From the NCBI GenBank assembly GCA_013791885.1, contig VMSZ01000010.1:5869-69868 (forward strand): a stretch of DNA of 64,000 nt, given 5' to 3'. The notes under the pieces were generated by a model. That model had not been told where the DNA came from, ran no database searches, and worked only from the letters and a program-made list of their open reading frames with translations. Source of the DNA: Sulfurimonas sp. Its GTDB lineage: Bacteria; Campylobacterota; Campylobacteria; Campylobacterales; Sulfurimonadaceae. Both the position numbers and the translations under genes were made by a program. Below, one piece after another: positions 49,771-60,093 of this stretch (positions are counted from its first letter, which is position 1; each line of letters opens with the position of its first letter).

Positions 49771-50673
49771 TTACACTTTGCTGAGTGAAAGCAGATAGTT
49801 AACTACATTGTCGACAAAAGCATCGTGCTTTTTCTCTTTGCTGTATGCGATATAGAGTTTTCTTTCAATTTTATAGTTTTTAAGTCTTGCTTCAAAAAGT
49901 TTTCCAGAGTTTACTTCCGACTCAATAACGTGGCGTGACATAATTGAAACAAGAGGTCTCGATGCATTTTTATCTGCATGGGTGATGGTCTCTTTGATTG
50001 AAGTAGGACTGCTTAAAACACCAATAACATTGAAATTACTGCATTGAACACCCATCTCCTCAAAAACTTCGGAAGTTAATTTTCTTGTATGTGAGTTTTC
50101 ATCACGACAGATCCAGTCAAACTCGAATAAGTCATCTGCGTTTAGGTGTTTTTTAAGTGGTTGATTTGAAAAAACAACAAGTTCATCTTCAACCCATTCT
50201 CTGTAAATAATACCTTCTCTGAAGACGGGTGATTCTATAAGAGCAATATCTACTTTCTTATCTTCAAGAGCATCTATCATGTCATTAGATAAACCTACAA
50301 GCATATACACTTCGTTATCAATGCGTTTTTTGATTTCACTAAGATAATTTGGAAGGATATAATTTCCGATTGAAAAAGATGCACCCATAACAAAAGTAAA
50401 CTCTTTGTTGATAATTTTTAAAAGTTCTTTTTCGCTGCTTGCAATAGCTTTGTCAAGTCTATTTGCTATTCTAAAGAGATCTTCGCCTTCTTTTGTAAGT
50501 AAAATCCCATTCTTCTTTCTTTCTACAATTCTGGTGTCAAGATAGTCTTCAATATATTTTATCTGTTGTGTGACTGCCGGTTGTGATATACCGAGCTTTG
50601 CTGAAGCCTTAGAAAAACTCTTCTCTTTGACGACCATTAAAAATGTTTGCAATTTTGCAAAATCTCTTAACAT
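49771..50673 (-). CDS. LysR family transcriptional regulator
   Basis: SFSKASAKLGISQPAVTQQIK HTH, LTKEG. Confidence 0.95.
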   Translation of the reverse strand: MLRDFAKLQTFLMVVKEKSFSKASAKLGISQPAVTQQIKYIEDYLDTRIVERKKNGILLTKEGEDLFRIANRLDKAIASSEKELLKIINKEFTFVMGASFSIGNYILPNYLSEIKKRIDNEVYMLVGLSNDMIDALEDKKVDIALIESPVFREGIIYREWVEDELVVFSNQPLKKHLNADDLFEFDWICRDENSHTRKLTSEVFEEMGVQCSNFNVIGVLSSPTSIKETITHADKNASRPLVSIMSRHVIESEVNSGKLFEARLKNYKIERKLYIAYSKEKKHDAFVDNVVNYLLSLSKV

Positions 50674-50792
50674 AATAATTCCTATAAGTAATTTTGATAA
50701 TAAAAGTATAACTCATAATTATAATTAATGCAATAGTTTTGTAATAATTTACCCCTTTTAGGTTATAATAAAAATACATTAGAAAAATATGA

Positions 50793-52859
50793 ATGAAAAT
50801 AGTGGTTGCAATGAAAAAAATATTTGATAAATTGAATGAATCTCAGGCTAAAGCAGTGCGCCAGACAGAGGGTCCTGTGCTCATCCTTGCAGGTGCCGGG
50901 AGCGGTAAAACGACTACGATAGTCTCACGACTTGCCTATCTCATAGAAGAGGTAGGAATCCCCGCTTCAAATACGCTGACATTGACATTTACGAATAAAG
51001 CAGCCAAAGAGATGCGAGAGCGTTCTCTTGCTATGATAGAAAAAAGTGCATATCCGCCGCTTCTATGTACTTTTCATAAATTCGGACTTTTGTTTTTAAA
51101 GTTTAACATTCATCTTTTAGGCCGTGAAAATAACTTTGTGGTTATAGACAGCGATGATAAGAAAAAAATTATAAAAAAAATAAACGCAGAACTTCCGACT
51201 CCTCTTGTTGCGAGTGAGATATCCAGATACAAAAACTCACTTCTTTCTCCTGATGATGCTTATAAGCAGGCAGAGCTTTATAATTACCAGCAAATAGCAA
51301 AAGTATATGAAGAGTATGAAGCTTATTTGAATGAAAATAATCTGGTAGATTTTGATGACCTGATTGCGCTTACTTACAAACTTCTCAAAGAAAATCCGGC
51401 TCTTGCAGAACAAACTTCACTAAAATATCAGTACATCATGGTAGATGAATATCAAGATACAAATGAGTTGCAGCTCAAACTTGTGCAAATGCTTTGTTTA
51501 AAACATAATAATCTTTGTGTCGTCGGGGATGACGACCAGAGCATTTATGGATGGCGTGGTGCTCACATCAGAAATATTATGGAGTTTGACAAAGACTTTG
51601 CAGGGACGTCTGTTTTTAAACTTGAAGAAAATTATCGTTCACGGGAACCTATTTTAAAAGTTGCAAACGCACTGATAGAACATAACCGCTCGCGTTTAGG
51701 TAAAACTCTTATTGCAACGCGCGGAAACGGCGATGATGTTGCCATTCTTAATTCAAGTGATGAAAACGAAGAGGCAAGAAAAATAGCTTCAAATATCAAC
51801 AGACTTTTAAGCAGCGGCATAAGCGCAAATGATATTGCGATACTTTACCGTGTTAACGTTTTAAGCCGCTCAATAGAAGAGGGGCTGAACCGTGCGGGCA
51901 TTGCCTATAAGCTAGTGGGTGGATTGCGTTTCTATGACCGTTCTGAAGTAAAAGATTTGATTTCTTATCTGAGAGTCATAACTAATCATCATGACGATTT
52001 TTCTTTTAAACGCATAGTCAACAAGCCAAAACGCGGACTTGGAAAAGCAAGTGTCGATAAACTTGAACTTGCTGCTCATGCAAATGGTACTTCAATGTAT
52101 GAGTTTATAAAACATGCTTCATTGGAAGAACTGGAGAATGTAGTCAGAAAGAAAAATGCACAAACGCTCAAAGAGTTTTTACAAAATATTGAGGATGCCG
52201 CACGTGTGGCTTCTGAGTCAACATATGATTTTATTGATATGCTTGAAGAGACTTTTGAGTTGAAAAAGATTTATGCAGGTTTACAGGATGAAGCAGAGAG
52301 AATTCTCAATATGGATGAGTTTTATGGGCTTCTTCGTGATTTTGTGAAAAATGCACCAGAGGCAGGTATAGACGAATTTTTAAATGAACTGACACTCCAA
52401 AGTGAACAAGATCAGGTTGAAGGCGAGAGCATCTATATGATGAGTATCCATGCTTCAAAGGGCTTAGAGTTTAACCATGTCTTTATTATTGGACTTGAAG
52501 AAGGGTTCTTACCTTTAGTCGGTGATGGAAGTGATTTGGAAGAGGAACGCCGTTTGGGGTATGTCTCTTTTACGAGAGCCAAAGATACATTGACTCTCTC
52601 TCATGTTGATAGCAGATTTTACAAGGGCCGGAGAAGCGAATTGCAAAAAAGCCGCTTTTTCAATGAAGCAGGTCTTTGTGCAGGCTCACTTATAGTAGAG
52701 AAAAATACTGCGTTTAAAAAAGGTGATTTAGTACGTCACAAAATTTTTGGAACAGGCAGAGTTACAGGAATAGGTAAATCTGGACGTGAGTTCAAACTCA
52801 AAATAAACTTCGCGGGGACTACGCGGGACATATTGGCATCTTTTGTAGAGAGACTATGA
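50793..52859 (+). CDS. uvrD: UvrD/Rep/PcrA family DNA helicase (start may be 50811)
   Basis: AGAGSGKT, DEYQDTN, VGDDDQSIYGWRGA, HASKGLEF, EERRL. Confidence 0.92.
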   Translation: MKIVVAMKKIFDKLNESQAKAVRQTEGPVLILAGAGSGKTTTIVSRLAYLIEEVGIPASNTLTLTFTNKAAKEMRERSLAMIEKSAYPPLLCTFHKFGLLFLKFNIHLLGRENNFVVIDSDDKKKIIKKINAELPTPLVASEISRYKNSLLSPDDAYKQAELYNYQQIAKVYEEYEAYLNENNLVDFDDLIALTYKLLKENPALAEQTSLKYQYIMVDEYQDTNELQLKLVQMLCLKHNNLCVVGDDDQSIYGWRGAHIRNIMEFDKDFAGTSVFKLEENYRSREPILKVANALIEHNRSRLGKTLIATRGNGDDVAILNSSDENEEARKIASNINRLLSSGISANDIAILYRVNVLSRSIEEGLNRAGIAYKLVGGLRFYDRSEVKDLISYLRVITNHHDDFSFKRIVNKPKRGLGKASVDKLELAAHANGTSMYEFIKHASLEELENVVRKKNAQTLKEFLQNIEDAARVASESTYDFIDMLEETFELKKIYAGLQDEAERILNMDEFYGLLRDFVKNAPEAGIDEFLNELTLQSEQDQVEGESIYMMSIHASKGLEFNHVFIIGLEEGFLPLVGDGSDLEEERRLGYVSFTRAKDTLTLSHVDSRFYKGRRSELQKSRFFNEAGLCAGSLIVEKNTAFKKGDLVRHKIFGTGRVTGIGKSGREFKLKINFAGTTRDILASFVERL

Positions 52860-53686
52860 ATCGTCTGTTCGTCGCATACAAGCCTTCTGGCATAGGTTCC
52901 AACCTTTTTTTAAGTCGTCTTAAACGCAAGTACAACAATAAAAAGGCTGGTTTTTCGGGGACACTTGATCCTTTTGCTAAAGGTGTCCTAATCATCGGTA
53001 TGGGTTCGCATACAAAACTCTTTCGTTTTTTAAATAAAACGCCAAAGAAATACAGAGCAACTCTCTGGTTGGGTGCTAAAAGCGACTCGCTGGATATAGA
53101 AATGATAGAGCAAGTTGAGATACTTGCTGAGTTGTCGTATGATGAGGTTTCGAGAGCTGTCAAATCGCTTGAAGGTGAACTTGAATATGAACCGCCGATT
53201 TTTTCTGCAAAACAGATTAACGGGCAACGCGCGTATGATTTGGCCCGTGCAGGCAAAGAAGTTGTGCTAAATAAAATACAATCAACTATCTATGAAACGC
53301 AGCTCCTTCACTATTGTCATCCTTTTGTAACCTTTGAAGCAACTGTCTCTGAGGGCACTTACATACGTTCGTTGGGCAAGATGATAGCAACAAAGCTTGG
53401 GGTAGACAATGGAAGTTTAAGCGCCTTAGAGAGACTTAATGAAGGGCAGTTTTATTATGATGGTGAAAAAGTTTTAGATATTAAAAAGTCTCTCAATATT
53501 CCGCTTAATAAATATCTTGGCGACGTAGAAAATCTCAAATATGGAAGAGTTCTTGCTTTGGAAGATTTAGAGAATCAGAGTGATGGCTATTATTGGCTGG
53601 ACAATGGTGACAATATTTCTATTATTAAAATAGAAAATGAAACTGTTACATATGAACTAGGTAGGATTTATGTTAGTACTTGCTAG
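52856..53686 (+). CDS. truB: tRNA pseudouridine(55) synthase
   Basis: KAGFSGTLDPFAKGVL, PPIFSAK, GTYIRSL. Confidence 0.95.
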   Translation: MNRLFVAYKPSGIGSNLFLSRLKRKYNNKKAGFSGTLDPFAKGVLIIGMGSHTKLFRFLNKTPKKYRATLWLGAKSDSLDIEMIEQVEILAELSYDEVSRAVKSLEGELEYEPPIFSAKQINGQRAYDLARAGKEVVLNKIQSTIYETQLLHYCHPFVTFEATVSEGTYIRSLGKMIATKLGVDNGSLSALERLNEGQFYYDGEKVLDIKKSLNIPLNKYLGDVENLKYGRVLALEDLENQSDGYYWLDNGDNISIIKIENETVTYELGRIYVSTC

Positions 53687-53900
53687 AAAATTGGATGAAT
53701 CCATAGTTGTTGGAGAGGATATAATCATTAAAGTTATATCGATTGACAAAGGCGTAGTTAAACTTGGTATTGAAGCACCATCAAGTATCTCAATCATGAG
53801 AAGTGAGCTTTTACAAGATGTAAAAGATGCGAATATAGCAGCTTCAAAAGAAGTTAGCACTGAAAACTTAACTCTGTTGAGTAAAATATTAAAAAAATAA
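53670..53900 (+). CDS. csrA: Carbon storage regulator
   Basis: MLVLARK..ESI, VKLGIEAP..I.R.EL. Confidence 0.95.
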   Translation: MLVLARKLDESIVVGEDIIIKVISIDKGVVKLGIEAPSSISIMRSELLQDVKDANIAASKEVSTENLTLLSKILKK

Positions 53901-53910
53901 GAGAAAGTAA

Positions 53911-54687
53911 ATGAAGATTTACAAGGCATATGCAAAAGTAAATATTTTTTTAAAGATAACAGGCATGAGAGGTGAGTATCATGAGATACTTTCAAGGTTC
54001 ATGCGTGTGCAAAATCTGTATGATGAACTTTGTTTTGTGCCAAAGAGAAGTGAGAAGTTTGAAATTATCGGTGACTTCTCGTGTACTACAGAGCAAAATA
54101 CAATTTATAAAGCATACGAAGCGCTTCAGTCTGCAGTGAAATCAGAGTCCCTTGAAAAACTGATGCGTACACACGGGGTTGATGTTAAAAAAAGTATTCC
54201 TGCCTTTGCCGGGCTCGGCGGTGGCAGCAGTGATGCTGCGACGTATCTCAAAATGTGTAACGAAGTACTTCATTTAGGTTTGAGTTTAAATGAATTGGCT
54301 CGTATCGGTCTCAAAGTTGGCGCGGATGTTCCGTTTTTTATTTACGGGTATGATAGTGCCAATGTGAGCGGAATTGGGGAAATAGTAGAAGAGTTCAAGG
54401 AAGATTTGCTTGAACTTGAAACCTTTACTCCAAAAATCGAAATAAGTACTCCTAAGGTTTATAAATCTTATAGAGAAAATTTTTATGCACCACTTGGCGC
54501 AGATAAAATCAGAGAGTTTAAAAACGCAAAGTCAGCAGATATTTTGAAAAATCTCTCTGCATCTGAGGCAAATGATTTGTTTGCTCCTGCGTTGCAAGAG
54601 TATAAAGAACTCAAAGAGCACTATCAATATGAGTGGCATTTTAGTGGAAGCGGAAGCAGTTTTTTTAAAGTGAAGGAAGAGAAATAA
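53911..54687 (+). CDS. ispE: 4-diphosphocytidyl-2-C-methyl-D-erythritol kinase
   Basis: [31 protein letters not shown]. Confidence 0.95.
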   Translation: MKIYKAYAKVNIFLKITGMRGEYHEILSRFMRVQNLYDELCFVPKRSEKFEIIGDFSCTTEQNTIYKAYEALQSAVKSESLEKLMRTHGVDVKKSIPAFAGLGGGSSDAATYLKMCNEVLHLGLSLNELARIGLKVGADVPFFIYGYDSANVSGIGEIVEEFKEDLLELETFTPKIEISTPKVYKSYRENFYAPLGADKIREFKNAKSADILKNLSASEANDLFAPALQEYKELKEHYQYEWHFSGSGSSFFKVKEEK

Positions 54688-55139
54688 TGGGTGAAACAAT
54701 TGCAAAAAATAAAAAAGCCTATTTTGATTATTTTTTAGAAGAAAAGTTTGAAGCCGGTTTGGTTTTAAAGGGAAGTGAAGTCAAGGCTATTCGTGCGCAT
54801 AAAGTAAACCTCAAAGACAGCTTTATCCGTTTTGTGGGAAATGAAGCCTTTTTATTTAACGCGCATATAGGACGATTGGAAACTACACACCATTTTTATA
54901 CACATGAAGAGCGAGGAAGCAGAAAGCTTTTACTGCATAAAAAACAGATAGAAAAGATGCTTAAAGCCGTCAACAGAGACGGCTACACAGTTGTGCCTCT
55001 GCAACTCTATTTTAACGATAGAAATATCATTAAAATCCAGATTGCCATAGCAAAAGGAAAACAACTTCATGATAAGCGCCAAGACCTTAAAGAAAAAGAT
55101 ATGAAACGTGATATCGAGCGTTCGATGAAAGGGGAATAA
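54687..55139 (+). CDS. smpB: SsrA-binding protein
   Basis: [33 protein letters not shown]. Confidence 0.97.
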   Translation: MGETIAKNKKAYFDYFLEEKFEAGLVLKGSEVKAIRAHKVNLKDSFIRFVGNEAFLFNAHIGRLETTHHFYTHEERGSRKLLLHKKQIEKMLKAVNRDGYTVVPLQLYFNDRNIIKIQIAIAKGKQLHDKRQDLKEKDMKRDIERSMKGE

Positions 55140-56005
55140 TGAAATTTTTTGTCTTATTTGTCTTTCTGGTGCAGGGACTATTGGCTTTAGAATATGATGT
55201 GGCAGATGTATCTGTAGCGAATGGAAAAACGACAGTTATCACCTTTGCAAAAGAAAAAGGTGTAAGTTATGATAAGGTGACTCACGGAGAGGGAAGTTAC
55301 AAAATATTTGAACATCCTTTGGATAAAACAAAGATGTATGCGTTACTGCCGATGAGCTATTATCAAACACCATCAAATGAGAAACTTCAGATTCATTATA
55401 AACAAAATGGCATGAATGAAACGCAGGAGGTAACACTTAAAGTTAAAGACGGCAACTATGCCAAAGAACAGATACAAGTTTCTAATGAGAAAGTGAACCC
55501 TACAAGCAAAGCAGTCAAAGACCGCATTTCAAAAGAGTATAATGCAGCTATGAAAGTTTATGGAACTGTGCATAATGAGAGCTATATCAGTTCCGCGTTT
55601 ATTGCTCCGCTTGAGAGTAAGATTACCAGTGATTTTGGTAAGGCAAGAGTCTATAATGATTCACTCAAAGGATATCACAGCGGAACAGACTATCGTGCAG
55701 ATGTCGGCACTCCGATTATTGCAAGCAATGATGGAGTTGTTGCTCTTGTCGAGAAACGTTTTTATTCGGGAGGAACGGTACTCGTTGACCACGGACAAGG
55801 TATTTATACCTGCTATTTTCATATGAGTAAATTCAATGTTAAAAAAGGTCAAAAGGTTAAAAAGGCGCAGCTTTTAGGACTCTCTGGTGCAAGCGGAAGA
55901 GTGACTGGTCCACACCTTCATTTTGCTGTGAGAATAAACAAAGTGCAAGTGGATCCGCTACAATTTATAGAACTCATGAACAACAAATTACTTAAGGAAA
56001 TTTAA
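55139..56005 (+). CDS. M23 family peptidase
   Basis: HSGTD (HxxxD), YFHMS, TGPHLH; signal peptide. Confidence 0.92.
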   Translation: MKFFVLFVFLVQGLLALEYDVADVSVANGKTTVITFAKEKGVSYDKVTHGEGSYKIFEHPLDKTKMYALLPMSYYQTPSNEKLQIHYKQNGMNETQEVTLKVKDGNYAKEQIQVSNEKVNPTSKAVKDRISKEYNAAMKVYGTVHNESYISSAFIAPLESKITSDFGKARVYNDSLKGYHSGTDYRADVGTPIIASNDGVVALVEKRFYSGGTVLVDHGQGIYTCYFHMSKFNVKKGQKVKKAQLLGLSGASGRVTGPHLHFAVRINKVQVDPLQFIELMNNKLLKEI

Positions 56006-56604
56006 TGACACTTTTTCAAATTATCATGCTAGCTGCTTCGGGATATTTCGCGTTTAAAATTTATGAACATATTCAAACACTGAAGGATGTTAATTCAGAC
56101 GAGGAAGCATCGATGGAAGATGCGCCAAGAACAGCAGAAGCATTTTCTACTTTTTCTCCGGAATCTCTCATTCAAAGAGCAGATGAAGCCTTTGAAAACG
56201 ACGACAAAGAAAAAGCCTTGGCACTTCTGATAGAAGCAAACGCAAAGGATGCGAACAATGAAGATACACTCTTTAAAATAGCCTATATTTTAGGAGAGCA
56301 GGGCAATTTTGATGAGGCATTGGAATATTATAATGAAGCCTTGGAAATTGATGAACAAAATGAGTTTGTACATAATGCAATGGCTTCTATTTACAGACAA
56401 AAAGAAGAGTATGCTTCTGCAAAGATGCACTTAAACGCATCTTTAGAAATTGATAATACAAACCCTGTGACATATTACAATTTTGGAAATCTTTTAGTAG
56501 ATATGCATAAAAAAGAAGAAGCCATTAAAATGTATGAAAAAGCTCTTGAACTGCAGCCTGATTTTATCGAAGTGACACAAGAGTTGGAAAAATTGAGGGA
56601 CTAA
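56005..56604 (+). CDS. Membrane-anchored TPR protein
   Basis: N-terminal hydrophobic helix; repeated EA..Y..AL...P TPR patterns. Confidence 0.85.
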   Translation: MTLFQIIMLAASGYFAFKIYEHIQTLKDVNSDEEASMEDAPRTAEAFSTFSPESLIQRADEAFENDDKEKALALLIEANAKDANNEDTLFKIAYILGEQGNFDEALEYYNEALEIDEQNEFVHNAMASIYRQKEEYASAKMHLNASLEIDNTNPVTYYNFGNLLVDMHKKEEAIKMYEKALELQPDFIEVTQELEKLRD

Positions 56605-56607
56605 AAG

Positions 56608-57330
56608 ATGAAAATTTCTGAGATTTATAAACAGCTTAATGAACTTTCGCCTTTCGAACTTCAAGAGTCATGGGACAATTCAGGTCTTTTACTCGGTGAT
56701 TTTTCGCAAGAGGTTAAAAGAGTTGTGTTAAGTATTGATGTTGATGAAGTCTTAATTGAATCAATTGAAAATGATACGCTTTTGATTACTCACCATCCGA
56801 TTATTTTTGGAGGACTGAAGCAGTTGGAATTTAGCAAATATCCTGCAAATCTTATTCAAAAAATGATTAAAAAAAATATCTCTAATATTGCAATGCATAC
56901 GAATTTTGATCAAACACATCTGAATGAATATGTGGCAAATGAAATTTTAGGGTATAAAATAATTAAAAAAGACGGTTTTGTAGCAACCTTGGAAATAAAT
57001 GAAGATTTTATCACCTTTGCCAAGAAAGTATCTGCTGCGTTTGGGCTGGCACATGCAAGGTGTGTCAAATGCAACGATTATGTAAAAACGGCAGCGCTTA
57101 CAACCGGTTCAGGATGTTCTCTTATGCGTTCCATTGAAGCAGATTGTTTTTTAACAGGTGATGTCAAATACCATGACGCAATGGAAGCAAAAAGTATCAA
57201 TTTGTCATTAATAGACATAGGTCATTATGAAAGTGAACGCTTTTTTTCACAAATTTTAGCAAAGCATTTGAAAAATTTAGGTTTAGAAGTTATAATTTCA
57301 TCATCAGAAAATCCATTTACTTATATTTAG
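56608..57330 (+). CDS. Nif3-like dinuclear metal centre protein
   Basis: WDNSGL, THHP, HTNFD, TGDVKYH, GHYESE. Confidence 0.92.
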   Translation: MKISEIYKQLNELSPFELQESWDNSGLLLGDFSQEVKRVVLSIDVDEVLIESIENDTLLITHHPIIFGGLKQLEFSKYPANLIQKMIKKNISNIAMHTNFDQTHLNEYVANEILGYKIIKKDGFVATLEINEDFITFAKKVSAAFGLAHARCVKCNDYVKTAALTTGSGCSLMRSIEADCFLTGDVKYHDAMEAKSINLSLIDIGHYESERFFSQILAKHLKNLGLEVIISSSENPFTYI

Positions 57331-57378
57331 TCACTTTATAGTAAAAACGGTAAACTCGAGAAACCCCAAAGGAGTCCA

Positions 57379-58092
57379 ATGAACAAGCACCTTAAACAAC
57401 TAATAGACCTTTCAATAGTAGATAAAGAAATTGATGCTTTTGAACCTCAGATTGAAGAGGCTAACTATAGTTACGAAGCAGCACTAGCAAAAACTCAGAG
57501 CATAAACTCAGATATTGAGAACTTAACGCAAGAGATTAAAATAGAAGAAGTTAAAAAAGCAAAAAATGAGCTTCATCTTAAAGAATTGTCACAAAAACTT
57601 GAAGAAAACGCAAAAAAAAGTTCTGAAATAAAAACTGAACGTGAAATGAAATCTCTTCAACTTGAAGAAGAGATAGCGAAAGAGCAGGTTACTTTCGCGA
57701 ACGAAGAAATTGAGAGACTTGAGAAAATTATAGAGTCTAAAAAATCACAAGTGCAAACTGCAAAAGTCACACTTGATGAACTCAATACAAAATTAGAATC
57801 TGTAAAAGCGGATGTTGATGCAAAATTAGAAGTTATTAATGAAGCAAGACAAAAGGTGTTTGTTGAAAAAGAAAAACTTCTTGGTGAAGTAAATCAAAAA
57901 GGTTTAGCGTTTTACCAAAAAATTCGTCGCTGGGCAAAAAATTCGACAGTTGTTGAAGTTGAAGATCAAGCATGTATGGGCTGTCATATGCTGATCAGCG
58001 ATAAAGTGTATGCTGATGTTATCAAAGGTGATGAAATCAACACGTGCCCACACTGTGGCCGTATCCTCTATATGAAAGCTAGCGAAGAATAG
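57379..58092 (+). CDS. Coiled-coil protein with C4 zinc ribbon (DUF164, HP0958-like)
   Basis: Long coiled coil; CMGC...CPHCGRILY. Confidence 0.88.
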   Translation: MNKHLKQLIDLSIVDKEIDAFEPQIEEANYSYEAALAKTQSINSDIENLTQEIKIEEVKKAKNELHLKELSQKLEENAKKSSEIKTEREMKSLQLEEEIAKEQVTFANEEIERLEKIIESKKSQVQTAKVTLDELNTKLESVKADVDAKLEVINEARQKVFVEKEKLLGEVNQKGLAFYQKIRRWAKNSTVVEVEDQACMGCHMLISDKVYADVIKGDEINTCPHCGRILYMKASEE

Positions 58093-58096
58093 GGCC

Positions 58097-59302
58097 TTGT
58101 CGCCATTTACGGTACTCTATTACTTTTTAAGTGTAACGCTCTATCTTGTAGCGTTACCTCTTTTAATCTATCTCTCTTTTAAACCAAAGTATAAACAATC
58201 CATACCCGCGCGTTTTTTTCTTTTAGGTAATCCTAGATTTAGCAACAAAGAGAGTATTTGGTTTCATGTCTGCTCTTTGGGTGAAGCAAGAGCGCTGAAG
58301 CCGCTTTTAGAGCTTCTTGGCAAGCAAGATATTAAAATAACTACCATAACGCAAACAGGCCACGAAGAAGCTAAAAAATATAATGCAGAGCTTCGTTATT
58401 TGCCGTATGAGATGTTTTTGCCTTTTTGGATGAGAAAAGAGAAACTGATCGTGGTTTTAGAAGCTGAGTTTTGGTACTTGCTTTTTAGGATTGCGTTTGC
58501 TCGGGGTACAAAGATTATACTTTTAAACGCACGTATTTCTGAAAAAAGTGCAAAAAAGTATTTGCAATTTGCCTGGTTTTATGAAAAGATTTTATCAAGA
58601 GTAGAGATTATTTTTGCCCAAAGTGAAGCAGATAAAAACAGGTTTTTAGCATTAGGCGCTAGAAATATAGAAGTAGTCGGTAATATTAAACTTGCTGCAA
58701 AAATAGAAAAAAATAAAGAGTACGCAAAGCCGCAAGAAGAATGTATTGTTGCGGGAAGTACCCATGAAGGTGAAGAGGAAAGTATCCTCAAAGCTTATAT
58801 TGAGTACAGAAAAATGAAAGATGCCAAACTGATTGTAGTTCCAAGACATCCGGAAAGATTTGAGAGTGTTTACAGCCTTTTGCAAAAATATGCGACTAAC
58901 AACAGTTTAACTCTTTCTCGTTTTTCACAAACGCAAGCTTTAGAAACTGATATAATTTTAGTCGACACAATGGGTGAACTCAATAACATATACGCAATCA
59001 GCGATATAGCAATTCTTGGCGGTGCGTTTAATGAAAATGTTGGCGGACATAATCCGCTTGAACCTGCTCATTTTGGATGTAAAATTATTACAGGCAAGCA
59101 CTTTTTTCATCAAAAAGAGCTTTTTAAGTACGTACATCATGTGCAATATGTAGAGCCTAATGAAATAGTCAAGGCACTTGCAGAGTGTAAAAATCTACCC
59201 TCTTCAATGGTTGAAGAGAAGATAGATTTAAACAGAGTAGTAGAGATGATACTCGAATCCAGTAAAGGAAAGAAAAAAAATGGAACAAGAAAAAGCATAT
59301 AA
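58097..59302 (+). CDS. waaA: Kdo transferase
   Basis: WFHVCSLGE, EAEFW, NARIS, GSTH, VPRHPERF, GGHNPLEP. Confidence 0.93.
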   Translation: MSPFTVLYYFLSVTLYLVALPLLIYLSFKPKYKQSIPARFFLLGNPRFSNKESIWFHVCSLGEARALKPLLELLGKQDIKITTITQTGHEEAKKYNAELRYLPYEMFLPFWMRKEKLIVVLEAEFWYLLFRIAFARGTKIILLNARISEKSAKKYLQFAWFYEKILSRVEIIFAQSEADKNRFLALGARNIEVVGNIKLAAKIEKNKEYAKPQEECIVAGSTHEGEEESILKAYIEYRKMKDAKLIVVPRHPERFESVYSLLQKYATNNSLTLSRFSQTQALETDIILVDTMGELNNIYAISDIAILGGAFNENVGGHNPLEPAHFGCKIITGKHFFHQKELFKYVHHVQYVEPNEIVKALAECKNLPSSMVEEKIDLNRVVEMILESSKGKKKNGTRKSI

Positions 59303-60014
59303 ACTTTTAGCAATACAAGAAGGTATTTCCAACAATGAAGCAAAGTCTATGATAGACCGAGGCTTGGTTTATGTAGGGAATAAGAAAGTTCTCATAGCTC
59401 GCGGAGATATAGATAACAGAACGACTTTTAGAGTAGAAAAAGTAGAAAAAATACGACCTATTTTTGAAAATGATGATTTAATAGTTGTGGATAAACCTGC
59501 ATTTGTTAACTCAGATGAAGTCGAGAGACAATTTAAACCGGCAGTACTCTTACATAGACTGGACCGTGAGACAAGTGGTGTTTTAATGCTTGTTAAAAAT
59601 GAAGAATTTCGTGAAAAAGCAATTAAAGAGTTTAAACAAGACAAGGTTTACAAAGAGTATATTGCCTGGGTTGAAGGTATCTTGAGTGAGCCGGTTGAAG
59701 TTGACAGACCTATCTTAACACAAAAGAAAAACAACAAAGCTTACTCTAATGTATCTTCAAAAGGAAAACCTGCAAGAAGTGAGTTTTTCCCAGATATTGT
59801 AAGCGCAAATAAAACAAAAATAAAATGTATTATTCATCACGGAAGAACACACCAGATTCGTACGCACTTACGTTATATTGACCATCCGATTGTAGGAGAC
59901 GAACAATACGGCGGTCGTCGTGCAAAACGCGTCATGCTTCACGCATACAAAGTAAGACTCCTTGGTATGGAGTTTGTAGCACAAGAGCCAAAAGCATTCG
60001 TGAACTTCGAGTAG
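59280..60014 (+). CDS. RluA family RNA pseudouridine synthase
   Basis: HRLDRETSG, GRTHQIR, PIVGD..YG, LHA. Confidence 0.92.
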   Translation: MEQEKAYKLLAIQEGISNNEAKSMIDRGLVYVGNKKVLIARGDIDNRTTFRVEKVEKIRPIFENDDLIVVDKPAFVNSDEVERQFKPAVLLHRLDRETSGVLMLVKNEEFREKAIKEFKQDKVYKEYIAWVEGILSEPVEVDRPILTQKKNNKAYSNVSSKGKPARSEFFPDIVSANKTKIKCIIHHGRTHQIRTHLRYIDHPIVGDEQYGGRRAKRVMLHAYKVRLLGMEFVAQEPKAFVNFE

Positions 60015-60093
60015 GCTTAAAGAAAAATAAAAGCAAGTTTTAGATAAAATTCGCAACTTTTTACATCTAAAAAAATAATAAGGAGAGAGTCTC

